The notes below the pieces were generated by a model. That model saw only the letters and a list, made by a program, of their open reading frames with translations, was not told where the DNA came from and did not search any database. A program made the position numbers and the translations under genes. A DNA stretch of 64,000 nt. It comes from Candidatus Omnitrophota bacterium (GTDB lineage Bacteria > Omnitrophota > Omnitrophia > Omnitrophales > JACROU01). The stretch is taken from contig JAJDCD010000008.1 of assembly GCA_029261035.1 (NCBI GenBank), forward strand, positions 300,480-364,479, written 5' to 3'. The first letter of the stretch is position 1. Each line of letters begins with the position of its first letter. This document shows positions 27,380 through 37,442 of the stretch, in pieces.

Positions 27380-27787
27380 TGGTGGAGGCGGAGGGAATTG
27401 CACCCTCGTCCAAAGAAATTATTAAAAGAGGTCCTACATGCTTAGTTTTTTCTTTTAATTTAACCGCTTAAGCTCCGAAAAAACAGGATCAGAAGCAGCG
27501 ATTCCCTTTAAAGTTTCGGAACAAAACCAGAGACCTGTTTTATTCCTATCCTGCTAAATTACATCTAAAAGCGCCCGCAGGCTGAAGCTAATAGATGTCG
27601 CTGAACCTAATTAGGCAGCGAGTGGTAGAGCAACAGGAGCAAAATTCACATTGTGAAGTTCTACTCTGTCACCCAGACTGATGTTCTTATCAGCATTTAT
27701 GTTTTGTGAGGTGTTTTAAGAGGCCTCCCCACCACCTCTGCATGCACGCTCTTCCACTAACATTCTCTGTCGATGCTAGTCGCCCCC
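27380..27787 (-). ncRNA. ssrA: tmRNA
   Basis: 5' GGGGGCG pairs with 3' CGCCTCC-ACCA (G.U at pair 3); tag ORF ADKNISLGDRVELHNVNFAPVALPLAA* at 27694-27611 after ATAAAT; adjacent to smpB. Confidence 0.95.
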
Positions 27788-27790
27788 AAA

Positions 27791-27888
27791 ATATTAGCGT
27801 AGAGCGTTTAGCGCATAGCGGATAGTTTCTATTTGCCAAAAGACAAATGACTTCTATACGCTCCACGCTACGCGCTATTCGCTAATAT
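27791..27888. repeat. Inverted repeat built from heptamer units (TAGCGxA ... TxCGCTA)
   Basis: ATATTAGCGTAGAGCGTTTAGCGCATAGCGGATAG ... CTATACGCTCCACGCTACGCGCTATTCGCTAATAT between smpB and ssrA. Confidence 0.7.
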
Positions 27889-28364
27889 CACTTTTTCATA
27901 GATTGCTTCACACTTCGATCAATTTCTCGCTGAGCAATCTTCTTTTTTAGATCGTCACGCTTATCAAAGTGCTTTTTACCTTCGCAAACGGCTATTTCTA
28001 ACTTAACCCATCCACGCTTAAAGTATAGCTTAATTGGGATACAAGTGAAACCTTTTCGTGTTACCTTTCCCATCAAACGTTCTATTTCTACTCTATTTAA
28101 CAATAACTTACGTTCTCTTACAGGGTCTGGAATATCAAAAGAAATGTGAGAGTATGGATTAATATGCAAATTAATCACAAAGGCTTGAGATCCTTTAAAA
28201 CGAACAAAGGAGTCACCTATGTTTACTCGGCCTTCACGAATGGACTTCACCTCACATCCAGCCAAGGAAATACCAGCCTCATACTTCTCTAAGACATGAT
28301 AATCGTGAAGTGCTTTTCTATTCGTTAAAACAACGCTATGTTTCTTCTGATCTTTTTTATTCAT
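27888..28364 (-). CDS. smpB: SsrA-binding protein SmpB
   Basis: NRKALHDY, YEAGISLAGCEVKSIR, RERKLLL, GKKHFDKR. Confidence 0.98.
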   Translation of the reverse strand: MNKKDQKKHSVVLTNRKALHDYHVLEKYEAGISLAGCEVKSIREGRVNIGDSFVRFKGSQAFVINLHINPYSHISFDIPDPVRERKLLLNRVEIERLMGKVTRKGFTCIPIKLYFKRGWVKLEIAVCEGKKHFDKRDDLKKKIAQREIDRSVKQSMKK

Positions 28365-28389
28365 TTACCTTCTCTCTATTCCTATGCCT

Positions 28390-28544
28390 GAGATTGCCGC
28401 GCTTCCTTTTTCAATGCTCGCAATGACAATTCCTTCCTTAGCTATTCGTTTTGTCTGAGATTTCCACGACCTCTCTGCTGATAGTCTAGCAATGACAATT
28501 TCTTCCTTAATCTATCTGGATCCCCGATCGAGTCGGGGATGACA
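28390..28544. repeat. Cluster of three REP-like half elements
   Basis: GAGATTGCC...CGCAATGACA (28390-28428), GAGATTTCC...GCAATGACA (28457-28497), CTGGATCCCCGATCGAGTCGGGGATGACA (28516-28544). Confidence 0.75.
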
Positions 28545-28629
28545 GCGTTTTTATATTTCAAATAGGGTGGTGTATTCTACTATCTAATAGGATAAAATCA
28601 AAATATCTTATATTGAGTCCTTAACAAAT

Positions 28630-28663
28630 AAAAAAGGACTGCCCAAATAGGACAGCCCTTTTT
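28630..28663 (-). terminator. Intrinsic terminator downstream of the PAS gene
   Basis: AAAAAAGGACTGCCC-AAATA-GGACAGCCCTTTTT; G.U-containing stem on the minus strand followed by a U tract. Confidence 0.7.
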
Positions 28664-28696
28664 ACATTTTATAAAATTGACTCCAAAAATCCTACA

Positions 28697-29320
28697 CTAT
28701 TCTGTTCCGTACTTCTTTTCCTTACCTAATTCACATCGTAAATTATCTACTTCTTCATGTAAATCAGCAACCTCATGCTTCCACTGTTCTGCATCTTTAT
28801 CCAATTTTACAAACTTCTCAATACGCTCTTTATTTCCTTCTTGTTTTTCGTTCCGAGCTGAAATATCTCTGATAATCGCCACTCCACCCACCACTTTCCC
28901 AAATTGGTGTAATGGAGATGCATTTACCTCTACAATACGCGTGGTCCCATCTTTATTACGAATTCGAAACATGTTAAAAGTAGAATATTCCCCCTTAAGT
29001 ACATTGTAGAATAGCTTAAATCCTTCCGCCAAATCATCTAAGCTCATAAACATTCTGAAGTGTCGTCCCATTACCTCATCTTTTTCATATCCACACATGT
29101 TAAGTGATGCTTTATTAGAAAATGTAATTCTACCAGCCAAATCGACGATAATAGCCCCGTCTCGCTGGTGTTCCAGGAAGTAGAAAAACTCCTTTTTCAC
29201 ATCTTCAAGTTCACGCATTTTCTTGCTCATAGCACGTTTCAGGTTTAAGTATTTGCTCTTCATTGGGTCATGTGAAGAAACCTGTTTATCTAGCTGTTTT
29301 TTAATGTCCATCTGCATCAA
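28697..29320 (-). CDS. PAS-domain protein with coiled-coil flanks and no output domain
   Basis: DGAIIVDLAGRITFSN ... GYEKDEVMGRHF ... IRNKDG ... IIRDIS. Confidence 0.85.
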   Translation of the reverse strand: MMQMDIKKQLDKQVSSHDPMKSKYLNLKRAMSKKMRELEDVKKEFFYFLEHQRDGAIIVDLAGRITFSNKASLNMCGYEKDEVMGRHFRMFMSLDDLAEGFKLFYNVLKGEYSTFNMFRIRNKDGTTRIVEVNASPLHQFGKVVGGVAIIRDISARNEKQEGNKERIEKFVKLDKDAEQWKHEVADLHEEVDNLRCELGKEKKYGTE

Positions 29321-29533
29321 CCCACTTTCATTGTAAATTTATAAAGTATGTAATTTATTTGTATATCTATGGATAATTATACCTGGCAATATAGGGGAAT
29401 ACAAATAGCCTCCTAAGTTATTGCTATCAAAAGACTTGCGTATTTTTTATGTAAGTTGTTTGTTTATATAGGGTTGGGACAATGGGATTAGGTCGTTTTT
29501 TCTTCTAATTAAGCTAAAAGCAGCCCAGTCTCA

Positions 29534-30679
29534 TTACTTCGATCTAAGCTTGAGCCAACCTGATATTTTGGGGTAGACCTCATTATAGACATTTTTACCA
29601 ATAACCAGGTCATCATGTCCATAATCTGTAGAGTAGCCTTCTAAAGTTGAAAATTCGAGATAAGTCTTATCTCTTGAAGCTAACTTTCGGTAACCATACC
29701 GAACGGTTTCAGGAGGGGTTAAATCATCATCCCTGCCCACTAGTAGTAATACGGGAAGAGTTACTTTATCTAGATTTTCAGTGTAGTTCATTTCACCATC
29801 TGCAGAAACAAAGTCTCCTTTTTTCAGCATTGCTCGAAACTGGCCCGCAACGCCCGGAGAAATATTTTCAACGACGTCATCATACAAACGTATAATAGTC
29901 TCTTCATCCATATTTTTATTTTTAAAGAATAAGTCTCCTAACGGATCTTTAAATATCCCTCGAAGTGGTACCAGAAATTGATATAAGTTTTTTTGGTTTA
30001 CCAGTAAATTTAAATCAATGTAATAAGGATGCGTTTCCAGAAAAGAAAGCATCTTATTATGAGGACGCAAAAAGGTAAAAGGAGGTGAAATAGCTACAAC
30101 ATTTCTGATAACTTCTGGGTTTTCCGCTAATTCCAGAAACCCAAAAACAATAACACTACCCATTGAGTGCCCTACCCAGTTCACACTTTCAGCACCCGAT
30201 ACTTCTTGAACTTTTGAAATCAGAGCTGGAATATCTTTTTCTATATGGTCTTCTATATTCCAATCGAGCTTATCTGCGCTCATACTGACATTAGTAAAAT
30301 CATTAAATCGCACACTCAAGATTTCTCTAAATGCAAACCAACCCGTCTTAGAACTTTTCCCAGAACCTCTTAACGAAACAGCCCAAACATCAAAACCTTG
30401 ATCCGCAAGGTACTGAGCCAAACTCCGCTTATCATCGATAGCCCAGAAATTACTGTTGTAACCCATCCCGTGACACAGAATAATAGGCTCTTTATACTGA
30501 ACATGCCCTTTTTGATAGTAACGTTGCAACTCCAAAGTCCAGTCGTCTTCTGTTTTTGCAAAATGAAGCTCCTGATACGTCTTAGGATGAACTTTCAACA
30601 TTGCTAAAGTACTACACCCAGAAACTAATAGTGCGAAAATCACAATTAAATAAATAGAGCTCCATAAATTCTTTCTCAT
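29534..30679 (-). CDS. Alpha/beta-hydrolase lipoprotein (lipase/PHA-synthase-like)
   Basis: Lipobox VSGC; LCHGMG, GHSMG nucleophile elbow, DDLTP, YGHDDL. Confidence 0.88.
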   Translation of the reverse strand: MRKNLWSSIYLIVIFALLVSGCSTLAMLKVHPKTYQELHFAKTEDDWTLELQRYYQKGHVQYKEPIILCHGMGYNSNFWAIDDKRSLAQYLADQGFDVWAVSLRGSGKSSKTGWFAFREILSVRFNDFTNVSMSADKLDWNIEDHIEKDIPALISKVQEVSGAESVNWVGHSMGSVIVFGFLELAENPEVIRNVVAISPPFTFLRPHNKMLSFLETHPYYIDLNLLVNQKNLYQFLVPLRGIFKDPLGDLFFKNKNMDEETIIRLYDDVVENISPGVAGQFRAMLKKGDFVSADGEMNYTENLDKVTLPVLLLVGRDDDLTPPETVRYGYRKLASRDKTYLEFSTLEGYSTDYGHDDLVIGKNVYNEVYPKISGWLKLRSK

Positions 30680-30680
30680 A

Positions 30681-31235
30681 TTATTCTCTTCCTAAATATT
30701 CCCCAGTATCTGTATTAATTTTAACCTTTTCACCTTGATCAATAAAAATAGGCACCTGAACCTGATACCCTGTCTCCAACTTGGCAGGCTTCGTATTGTT
30801 AGAAACAGAATCTCCCTTTACCCACGGAGGAGACTCTACAACTTCTAAAATAACAGACTTAGGTAAATTAAGTTGAACAGGAGTTTCGTCATGAAATTTT
30901 ACTTCCAACTCCATATTTTCAATTAAATAATTTTTTCCATCCCCCACCAATTCTTCCCCTAATGCATGTGTTTGATAATCTTGCATATCCATAAAGTGAA
31001 AACCCTCACCATCTTTATACAAAAACTGCATTCTTTTCCCTTCGAGAAAAGCAGTTTCAACATCTTCTGTGGAAGAAAATTTATTCGTAATTACCTTTCC
31101 ACTTTTAAGCCCCTTCAGAGTTGCTTGTATAAAACCTCTTTTATTCCCAGGGGTTGCATGATGATGATCTGTAACGATATATATTTCCCCTTTATGAATA
31201 ATTGCAGTACCTTTTCTTAAATTTGTTGCTTGCAT
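30681..31235 (-). CDS. efp: Elongation factor P
   Basis: ATNLRKG, TPGNKRG loop, KPAKLETG, VPIFI, TGEYLGR. Confidence 0.96.
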   Translation of the reverse strand: MQATNLRKGTAIIHKGEIYIVTDHHHATPGNKRGFIQATLKGLKSGKVITNKFSSTEDVETAFLEGKRMQFLYKDGEGFHFMDMQDYQTHALGEELVGDGKNYLIENMELEVKFHDETPVQLNLPKSVILEVVESPPWVKGDSVSNNTKPAKLETGYQVQVPIFIDQGEKVKINTDTGEYLGRE

Positions 31236-31260
31236 TGTTTTCTCCCTTTATTCCTAGCGT

Positions 31261-31995
31261 TCAGTCTTTTTTTATCACAAAAGATAAGATGCGTCCTGTA
31301 GGCTCCCCATCTCTTCGGTACGAATAGAAGTAATCCGTATTACAAGAAGTGCATTCTTCCGCAATAAAACAATTTTCTTGAAAAACTCCTACGCTGAGAA
31401 GTTGATCCATAACCATTTGTTTTAGATCTAAAAAACTCGTTTCATTTCTGTCTTCAATATAAGAATCAAAATTATGATTCGTTTCCCTTTTAAATTCGTA
31501 GCAGCACGAATGAATAAATGGCCCCACAGCAATCTGCACGTTTCTTAAATTCCAACCATAACGTTTATCTACTGCAAGAAAAGTCCGGGCGATAATTCCA
31601 GCCTCCAAACCTTTCCATCCTGCATGAATCAAACCAATAACTCCTGAATCTTTATCCACAAAAGTAATGGGAACACAATCTGCAGTTTGGATTGAAAGAG
31701 CTACGTCTTTTAGATCCGTAAATACCGCATCGCTATCGCCATAAAAACCTTGATCTTCTTTAACTTCCACAACATGATTAGAATGCGTTTGGCCCAAAAC
31801 AATAACTTGCTTGGGGTTTAATCCAACCTTCTCAAAAAAAAGACCCCTGTCCACAACTTCTTCTCTGAAATTTTTCTTTTTTGTAAATAGAGGAAAGGAT
31901 TTAGTGCTTAGCCCAGCTACAACAGAGTTGTCTTTAAAATAATCATTTAACCAAAAGTCTTTTTCCCGTGCCCAAACACTCTGTGACTGAATCAA
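31261..31995 (-). CDS. pgeF: Peptidoglycan editing factor PgeF / YfiH family
   Basis: QTHS, TADCVPI, HAGWKG, GPFIHSCCYE, CTSC, YSYRR. Confidence 0.92.
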   Translation of the reverse strand: MIQSQSVWAREKDFWLNDYFKDNSVVAGLSTKSFPLFTKKKNFREEVVDRGLFFEKVGLNPKQVIVLGQTHSNHVVEVKEDQGFYGDSDAVFTDLKDVALSIQTADCVPITFVDKDSGVIGLIHAGWKGLEAGIIARTFLAVDKRYGWNLRNVQIAVGPFIHSCCYEFKRETNHNFDSYIEDRNETSFLDLKQMVMDQLLSVGVFQENCFIAEECTSCNTDYFYSYRRDGEPTGRILSFVIKKD

Positions 31996-31997
31996 AG

Positions 31998-34148
31998 TTA
32001 CGTTCTTTGAGTTGGGTTCCCTTGAACCCCTTCAAAAATATTTTCTTCCGTAATCAACGCAAGAGCTATATCGTTTAAGGGATCTTCATGAAAGCGTTTC
32101 CGAATCGCATTATCATTAAGATAATTATTAATTGCTACTAAAATCATAGCTTGATCCAAAGCTAAATATCGGTACGCCACAGTTCCTGTCTCTGGGTTTA
32201 CAGCATCGTAGAAACCATATTCTCCGTAAATATCATACCGGTCGATCAATCGTCTTAAGTTTTCAGCCACAATTTCAGGAGCTATACCCGCGGCTAATAC
32301 ACTTGCATGAGGTGTAACTGCTCCAGCTTTATAACCCTTTAACCCTAATATCTTCACCCCATACTCTGAATAACCTCCTTCGGGAATAGCAGATGGACTC
32401 ATCCCCCATACAGGATAATCTAATTCTTCAAGAGCATGATAAATTTGCCCTTCTACGTGGCGTTGTGCATTTATTCCTAAACTATCTGGAGAATATTGTT
32501 GCTCATCAATAATCAATTCTGGCATCAAGGCTTCAAAAGAAGATCCCCCCCAACTTGGAACATACTTCAGCTTGCGCCACTCATAGTAGCCTCCGTAAAA
32601 ATTAACGCCCAACACTTCTTTTTGTTCTCTCTCAAAAGGTTCCATGGTTTGCCAAAAGAAATCTCGTGGAAATGTTCTAAACATATAGAACCAATGTTCT
32701 ACAGGCACTTGCCCTAACCCAATAGCAATATAACTGCCCGCACGACTCTCATTAAAAAATGCCCCATAATGATAATCCACATACTGATTCATGTGACCAT
32801 AATACCCATGAAACATCTGTCTTTCGACATCATCATAAAAGAAACCAAAATCATATTGATCTAAGTAATTTTGACAAACAGTACCCACTTCATCGGGAAA
32901 TGCATTTTTGGCTACGATCAAACCTGCCGCAACCCATGCGCTATCCACAAAAGACACAAAGTAACTCGTCTTCTCTTTTGTCGTTGTATCGTAATAGTTA
33001 TACGGAAATCCACTTTCATGATGCTCTAAGCTTTGCATCGACGTCACTGTATTTGTAATTCTTTCGACAGCGTCATCTCGAGTTATAAACTTAAGATCAT
33101 AAGCAGATACAACAGCCATTAAATACATGCCGACATTCGTTACGTTCGTATAGTCCCCAATCCATCCCCCTTCACCAATAGGGGTTTCCTCACCCATTTG
33201 AATCGTATCCAACACAAGATGGCTTTCTTTATCAACAATCTCATCAAAGTAACGCCATGTATCTTTAGCTACTTCTCTAAAAAATGCTTTGTCTTCTTTT
33301 GGGAATTCTTTCTTCAACAACTTTTGCTCAGGAAAGCCTCCGAGTCTACCGGCTAAGAAACGAGCGAATTCAACCCCTTCAATCTTAGTCTCTGTCTTCT
33401 CTATCTTCCGTTCTGGACTAGATAATGGAGATGGACCGGGATCTCCCGTCTTTACGAACTTAATGTTATCTACAAAAATAGCGCCTTCTTTTACATCTAC
33501 TCGACGATCTTCCATCACAATTACAAATTCATCTAATTTTTTAAACGCCATTGCGGGGTTTTGCCAAATCTCAGGATCAGCAAAGTCCATCAAACCCGTA
33601 AAATTATTCAAAGCAATACTGTAGGTTTGCCATTCGGAAGTAATACCCTCAATAACATAAATACCTGTCAGCTTTTCAACTCTTTCATCATTTTTAAATT
33701 TCTTAATTTCCAATTTCAAAACTGAAGGAAAGCCTTCTTCAACATCTCCCTTAATATCAATCTCAAGGTGATCAAACATAGAAACATCTAAATTTCTAAG
33801 TTTGGTCCAAAAACCATTTGATGATGGAAGTGGAGAGTCGACATCATAGGTAAGCTTTAATACATAGTTCAGTTTTTCGTTATTAATACCGGGGTCTGAA
33901 ACAACTTCAGGAAAAGCATCTGCAGTATCATCATAAGGGTCCACATCCCAAGCGCCACTTTGCGCGTCCAAGTTATTCAACAGCTCTCCTGTTTCAAAAT
34001 CATGAATCATCATATCTTCCACATATTCAGGAGCTTCAAGCATAGGAGACACTTCTTCTTGAGCAAGTAAAGGGGAAACAGAAAAAACAGAAACAAGAAA
34101 GACTAAAACTAGAATTAACGCTCTAAAATTATTTGGAAGTAATGACAT
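31998..34148 (-). CDS. Secreted glucoamylase-family (GH144-like) glycoside hydrolase with an N-terminal CBM11/CIA30-like domain
   Basis: YTNVTNVG, GFPYNYY, VSFVDS, PSWGGSSFEALMP, VTPHAS, YGFYDAVNP, YLALDQAM. Confidence 0.85.
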   Translation of the reverse strand: MSLLPNNFRALILVLVFLVSVFSVSPLLAQEEVSPMLEAPEYVEDMMIHDFETGELLNNLDAQSGAWDVDPYDDTADAFPEVVSDPGINNEKLNYVLKLTYDVDSPLPSSNGFWTKLRNLDVSMFDHLEIDIKGDVEEGFPSVLKLEIKKFKNDERVEKLTGIYVIEGITSEWQTYSIALNNFTGLMDFADPEIWQNPAMAFKKLDEFVIVMEDRRVDVKEGAIFVDNIKFVKTGDPGPSPLSSPERKIEKTETKIEGVEFARFLAGRLGGFPEQKLLKKEFPKEDKAFFREVAKDTWRYFDEIVDKESHLVLDTIQMGEETPIGEGGWIGDYTNVTNVGMYLMAVVSAYDLKFITRDDAVERITNTVTSMQSLEHHESGFPYNYYDTTTKEKTSYFVSFVDSAWVAAGLIVAKNAFPDEVGTVCQNYLDQYDFGFFYDDVERQMFHGYYGHMNQYVDYHYGAFFNESRAGSYIAIGLGQVPVEHWFYMFRTFPRDFFWQTMEPFEREQKEVLGVNFYGGYYEWRKLKYVPSWGGSSFEALMPELIIDEQQYSPDSLGINAQRHVEGQIYHALEELDYPVWGMSPSAIPEGGYSEYGVKILGLKGYKAGAVTPHASVLAAGIAPEIVAENLRRLIDRYDIYGEYGFYDAVNPETGTVAYRYLALDQAMILVAINNYLNDNAIRKRFHEDPLNDIALALITEENIFEGVQGNPTQRT

Positions 34149-34367
34149 AATCGCCTCATTATATAATAAGTTAAAAAGGGCTAAAGTAAGCGAACAGTAT
34201 ATCGAACATGGGGGTTTTTTTCAATAGGACGGAAAAAACTAAAGCCAGAGGTCTGAGGGCTGAAGTCAGAATAAAGTTTGTCATCCCCGAATGCTTCTGT
34301 CGGTGATCCAGGGTTGTTGCTTTTTATGCTAAAAGCCAACAGCTAATAGCTATAAACAAAAGGAAAT

Positions 34368-35606
34368 TTATTTTTTCAGGTGTTTTGCTGTAGTTGGCCC
34401 AATAATCCCGTCCACAAAAAGGCCTTTTTTCTTTTGAAATGCATATATTGCAGAAATGGTTGTTGAGGTAAATTTTCCATCCACTTGCCCTGGATTAAAT
34501 CCTTTTTTCTTCAATCTAGACTCAAAGGTTTTTCTAGAACTTAATTTCCAATTCTTATTATTCACAGCAATCGCTAATTTCTTTGAAGTTTCTTTTCCTA
34601 TAATACCATCCGGTGTAAGTCCTTTTTTACTCTGAAATTGTTTAATCGCTTTGACAGTTGTCTTTGTAACACTTCCATCGGCTCGACCTGGGTTGTAACC
34701 TAAATTCTTTAAAGAAATTTCAAATATTTTACGTCTTCTTCTACTCCAGTTCTTTTCGTTCAGAGCTTCTTTTTTACCTTTTTTACCAATCGTAAGCCTA
34801 GAATAAAAATCCAACATTTTCTTCAAATCATTCCAAGGACTTAAGCTACCTAAAATAGAAACTAAAAAGTCACGCTTGTTATAAGAAATTCTTCCAACGA
34901 AACAATAAAGAGCCGCTCTAGTAAAACCTGTCTTTCCAATAATAGGCCTACTATCTCTCCACAACATTTTATTATGATTTTTTAAATAGTACCTTTTACC
35001 TGCCAAATTTTTTATATGCGTTGTTTTTGTCGCCATCGTTTTCATAATAAAAGGATATTTTTTCGCTTCTTTCATAATCAATGCCAAATCATAAGGAGTT
35101 GTGTACTGCCCTTTTCCAGGAAGCCCATGAGGGTTCACAAACCTAGTACTCTTTGCCCCAATCTGCCTCGCCTTCTGATTCATAAGCTTCGCAAAAGAAC
35201 GTTCGGAACCACTAATGTGATGTGCTATCACAGTAGCCACATCATTGGATGATTTGATCAACAAGGCTCTAAGCAAATCCTTAACGTAAAACTTTTCGCC
35301 GGGTTTCAAATAAAGCTTGGTTGGAGATATATGAGAAGTGTTTACATTCACCTTTACCACTTTATTTAGATTCAGACGGTCCAAAACAACTAAGGCCGTC
35401 ATTACTTTAGTCGTACTTGCAGGCTGTCTTTTGGTATTCCTATTTTTGGAATACATAATCTTCCTATTCCCAATATCATAAATAACAGCCGCACGTGCCG
35501 ATAAAGGTGCTCCTAAACTATAACTTGCCTCAGCTGTCTGGGGAACATAGATTGAAACTGCAAAAATAATGAACGCTACAATGGACGAAAATACCTTATT
35601 CAACAT
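34368..35606 (-). CDS. D-alanyl-D-alanine carboxypeptidase (peptidase S11) with two C-terminal peptidoglycan-binding domains
   Basis: PASTTK (SxxK), SSND (SxN), NPHGL, GKTG; [18 protein letters not shown]-type domain present twice. Confidence 0.92.
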   Translation of the reverse strand: MLNKVFSSIVAFIIFAVSIYVPQTAEASYSLGAPLSARAAVIYDIGNRKIMYSKNRNTKRQPASTTKVMTALVVLDRLNLNKVVKVNVNTSHISPTKLYLKPGEKFYVKDLLRALLIKSSNDVATVIAHHISGSERSFAKLMNQKARQIGAKSTRFVNPHGLPGKGQYTTPYDLALIMKEAKKYPFIMKTMATKTTHIKNLAGKRYYLKNHNKMLWRDSRPIIGKTGFTRAALYCFVGRISYNKRDFLVSILGSLSPWNDLKKMLDFYSRLTIGKKGKKEALNEKNWSRRRRKIFEISLKNLGYNPGRADGSVTKTTVKAIKQFQSKKGLTPDGIIGKETSKKLAIAVNNKNWKLSSRKTFESRLKKKGFNPGQVDGKFTSTTISAIYAFQKKKGLFVDGIIGPTTAKHLKK

Positions 35607-35773
35607 CGAAAAACACCACCAATTCTATAGTTTTATTTTTAACATGTGATTAACTTTTAATTATACGGCAAAAGGGAGGAATTACTTAAGTAAATAGGTA
35701 TTTTATTAGACTCTCTGGTCTTTGTAAATTAAAAGAGTGCTTAATTTGAAAAAATGAGTAAACTATCCGCATT

Positions 35774-36430
35774 ATGAATAAACAAGAACCTCAAATTATT
35801 TTTGAAGATTCTCATCTAATTGTCCTCAACAAACCTTCTGGGTTACTCAGCCAGGGTGAAAAAACAGGAGACGATAATCTCGTGGACTGGCTAAGAACTT
35901 ATTTAGGTAGAAATTACGTTGGGCTTATTCACCGACTCGACCGAAACACTTCAGGAATTATGGTTGTAGCCAAGCGCACAAAGGCTGCCAGCCGACTAAC
36001 AAAAGCACTTCAAGACAGAGAGATTCAAAGAAACTATCTGGGTTGGGTTGTTGGAACCGTCAAAGAACCCCTTCGCTGGAATCATTTTTTAAGAAAAAAC
36101 AAATCAAAAAATGAAGTTAAAATAGTTCCATCAACATACAAAGATGCCAAAAGAGCTGTTTTGAACCTAAAACCTATAAAAAGCTCTAAGTGGAATGGAA
36201 TGGCTGTAACCCTTGCTGAATTTGAATTGGAAACTGGAAGATCTCATCAAATAAGAGTTCAAGCGGCGGCAGAAGGCCTCCCTCTTTTGGGAGATAATAA
36301 ATACGGTAGAAGAGAAACTGTTTCCTTTGGACGCCCTGCGCTTCATGCTTACAAACTAACTTTCCCACATCCCATCACACAAAAAACAATGTCTTTCAAA
36401 TGCGATCTACCAAAAGAGATGGATTTTTAG
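35774..36430 (+). CDS. RluA-family pseudouridine synthase
   Basis: NKPSGL, HRLDRNTSG, TGRSHQIR, GDNKYG, LHA. Confidence 0.95.
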   Translation: MNKQEPQIIFEDSHLIVLNKPSGLLSQGEKTGDDNLVDWLRTYLGRNYVGLIHRLDRNTSGIMVVAKRTKAASRLTKALQDREIQRNYLGWVVGTVKEPLRWNHFLRKNKSKNEVKIVPSTYKDAKRAVLNLKPIKSSKWNGMAVTLAEFELETGRSHQIRVQAAAEGLPLLGDNKYGRRETVSFGRPALHAYKLTFPHPITQKTMSFKCDLPKEMDF

Positions 36431-36433
36431 AGT

Positions 36434-36490
36434 TGGGGAAATGGACTTTTGTAACTATTACGCAGTAATTGTGACAAAAGTGCGTGTCCC
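36434..36490. repeat. Long imperfect palindrome between convergent genes
   Basis: GGGGAAATGGACTTTTGTAACTATTAC-GCA-GTAATTGTGACAAAAGTGCGTGTCCCC. Confidence 0.6.
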
Positions 36491-36616
36491 CTAGGCAAAG
36501 GATGGGCTGTACCCATCAAGAAATTTCATCTTAAGTAACATACTTCAGGTATGAGAATTGCTCTTTTGCCTGAGATTGCCACGGTTCCTATATTGCACAC
36601 CTCGCAATGACAAATT

Positions 36617-37441
36617 TTATGCCTTGTTAATGCAATAACAACAACTCTCACCCACTCGATAAGATGGAAGTTGCTGTTCTTTAGGCGTTAACGGATGTCG
36701 ACACTGAAAGCACTCTATAACATCGGATTGTTCTAGATTGGGTTTTAAAGCAATGCGTCGATCAAAAACAAAACAGTCTCCATCATAATGATCTCCACCC
36801 ACTTTTTCGAAATAATTTAAAATACCACCATCCAACTGATAAACATCTTTAAAGCCATTTTGAAGCATTAATGGAGAAGCTTTCTCACATCGAATACCTC
36901 CTGTACAAAAAGTAACAACCGTTTTTTCTTTCCAATCTTTTGGCACATCTTGAAGCTTATCTTCATAAGCCCTAAAATCTTCAATGTTAAGATGGGTCGC
37001 ATTTTCAAAAGTTCCAATGTTGAACTCAAACTCATTCCGTGTATCCAATATCACCATATCCTTACCTTCATCGTACCACTGCTTCAATTGTTCAGGAGAA
37101 ACTCTAGGGCCTGTAAACTCTGCAGGCTTAATGGAAGGATCATTAACTGGGATTAATTGATCTTTTGCTTTTACTAACATCTTCAAGAAGGGTTGGTAAT
37201 CAGACCAACTGTCTTTAAAAAATAAATCATCTAGCCCAATTTTTTTTCTTAAAAAATCTTTGAAATTTTCGACATGATCTTCCGTTCCCGAAACCATCAC
37301 ATTCACCCCTTCTCGAGCAATCAAAATAGTTCCCATCAACTCAAGCTCAACACACTTACTTTTATACTCGCGTCGTACTTGCTCTACATCTCCTTCGATT
37401 TCGAAGAAGTAATAAAATGCGGTATTTAAAATTTTACTCAT
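36617..37441 (-). CDS. trhO: tRNA uridine(34) hydroxylase TrhO (YceA, rhodanese-like)
   Basis: GTILIAREGVN, LDTRNEFE, FCTGGIRCEKA, GDCFVFDRR. Confidence 0.9.
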   Translation of the reverse strand: MSKILNTAFYYFFEIEGDVEQVRREYKSKCVELELMGTILIAREGVNVMVSGTEDHVENFKDFLRKKIGLDDLFFKDSWSDYQPFLKMLVKAKDQLIPVNDPSIKPAEFTGPRVSPEQLKQWYDEGKDMVILDTRNEFEFNIGTFENATHLNIEDFRAYEDKLQDVPKDWKEKTVVTFCTGGIRCEKASPLMLQNGFKDVYQLDGGILNYFEKVGGDHYDGDCFVFDRRIALKPNLEQSDVIECFQCRHPLTPKEQQLPSYRVGESCCYCINKA

Positions 37442-37442
37442 C

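Noticed and set aside
27671-27682. ISLG inside the tmRNA tag as another SLG processing motif
   Set aside because: It lacks the small A/G residue two positions before Ser (NISLG); a three-residue match is expected by chance.
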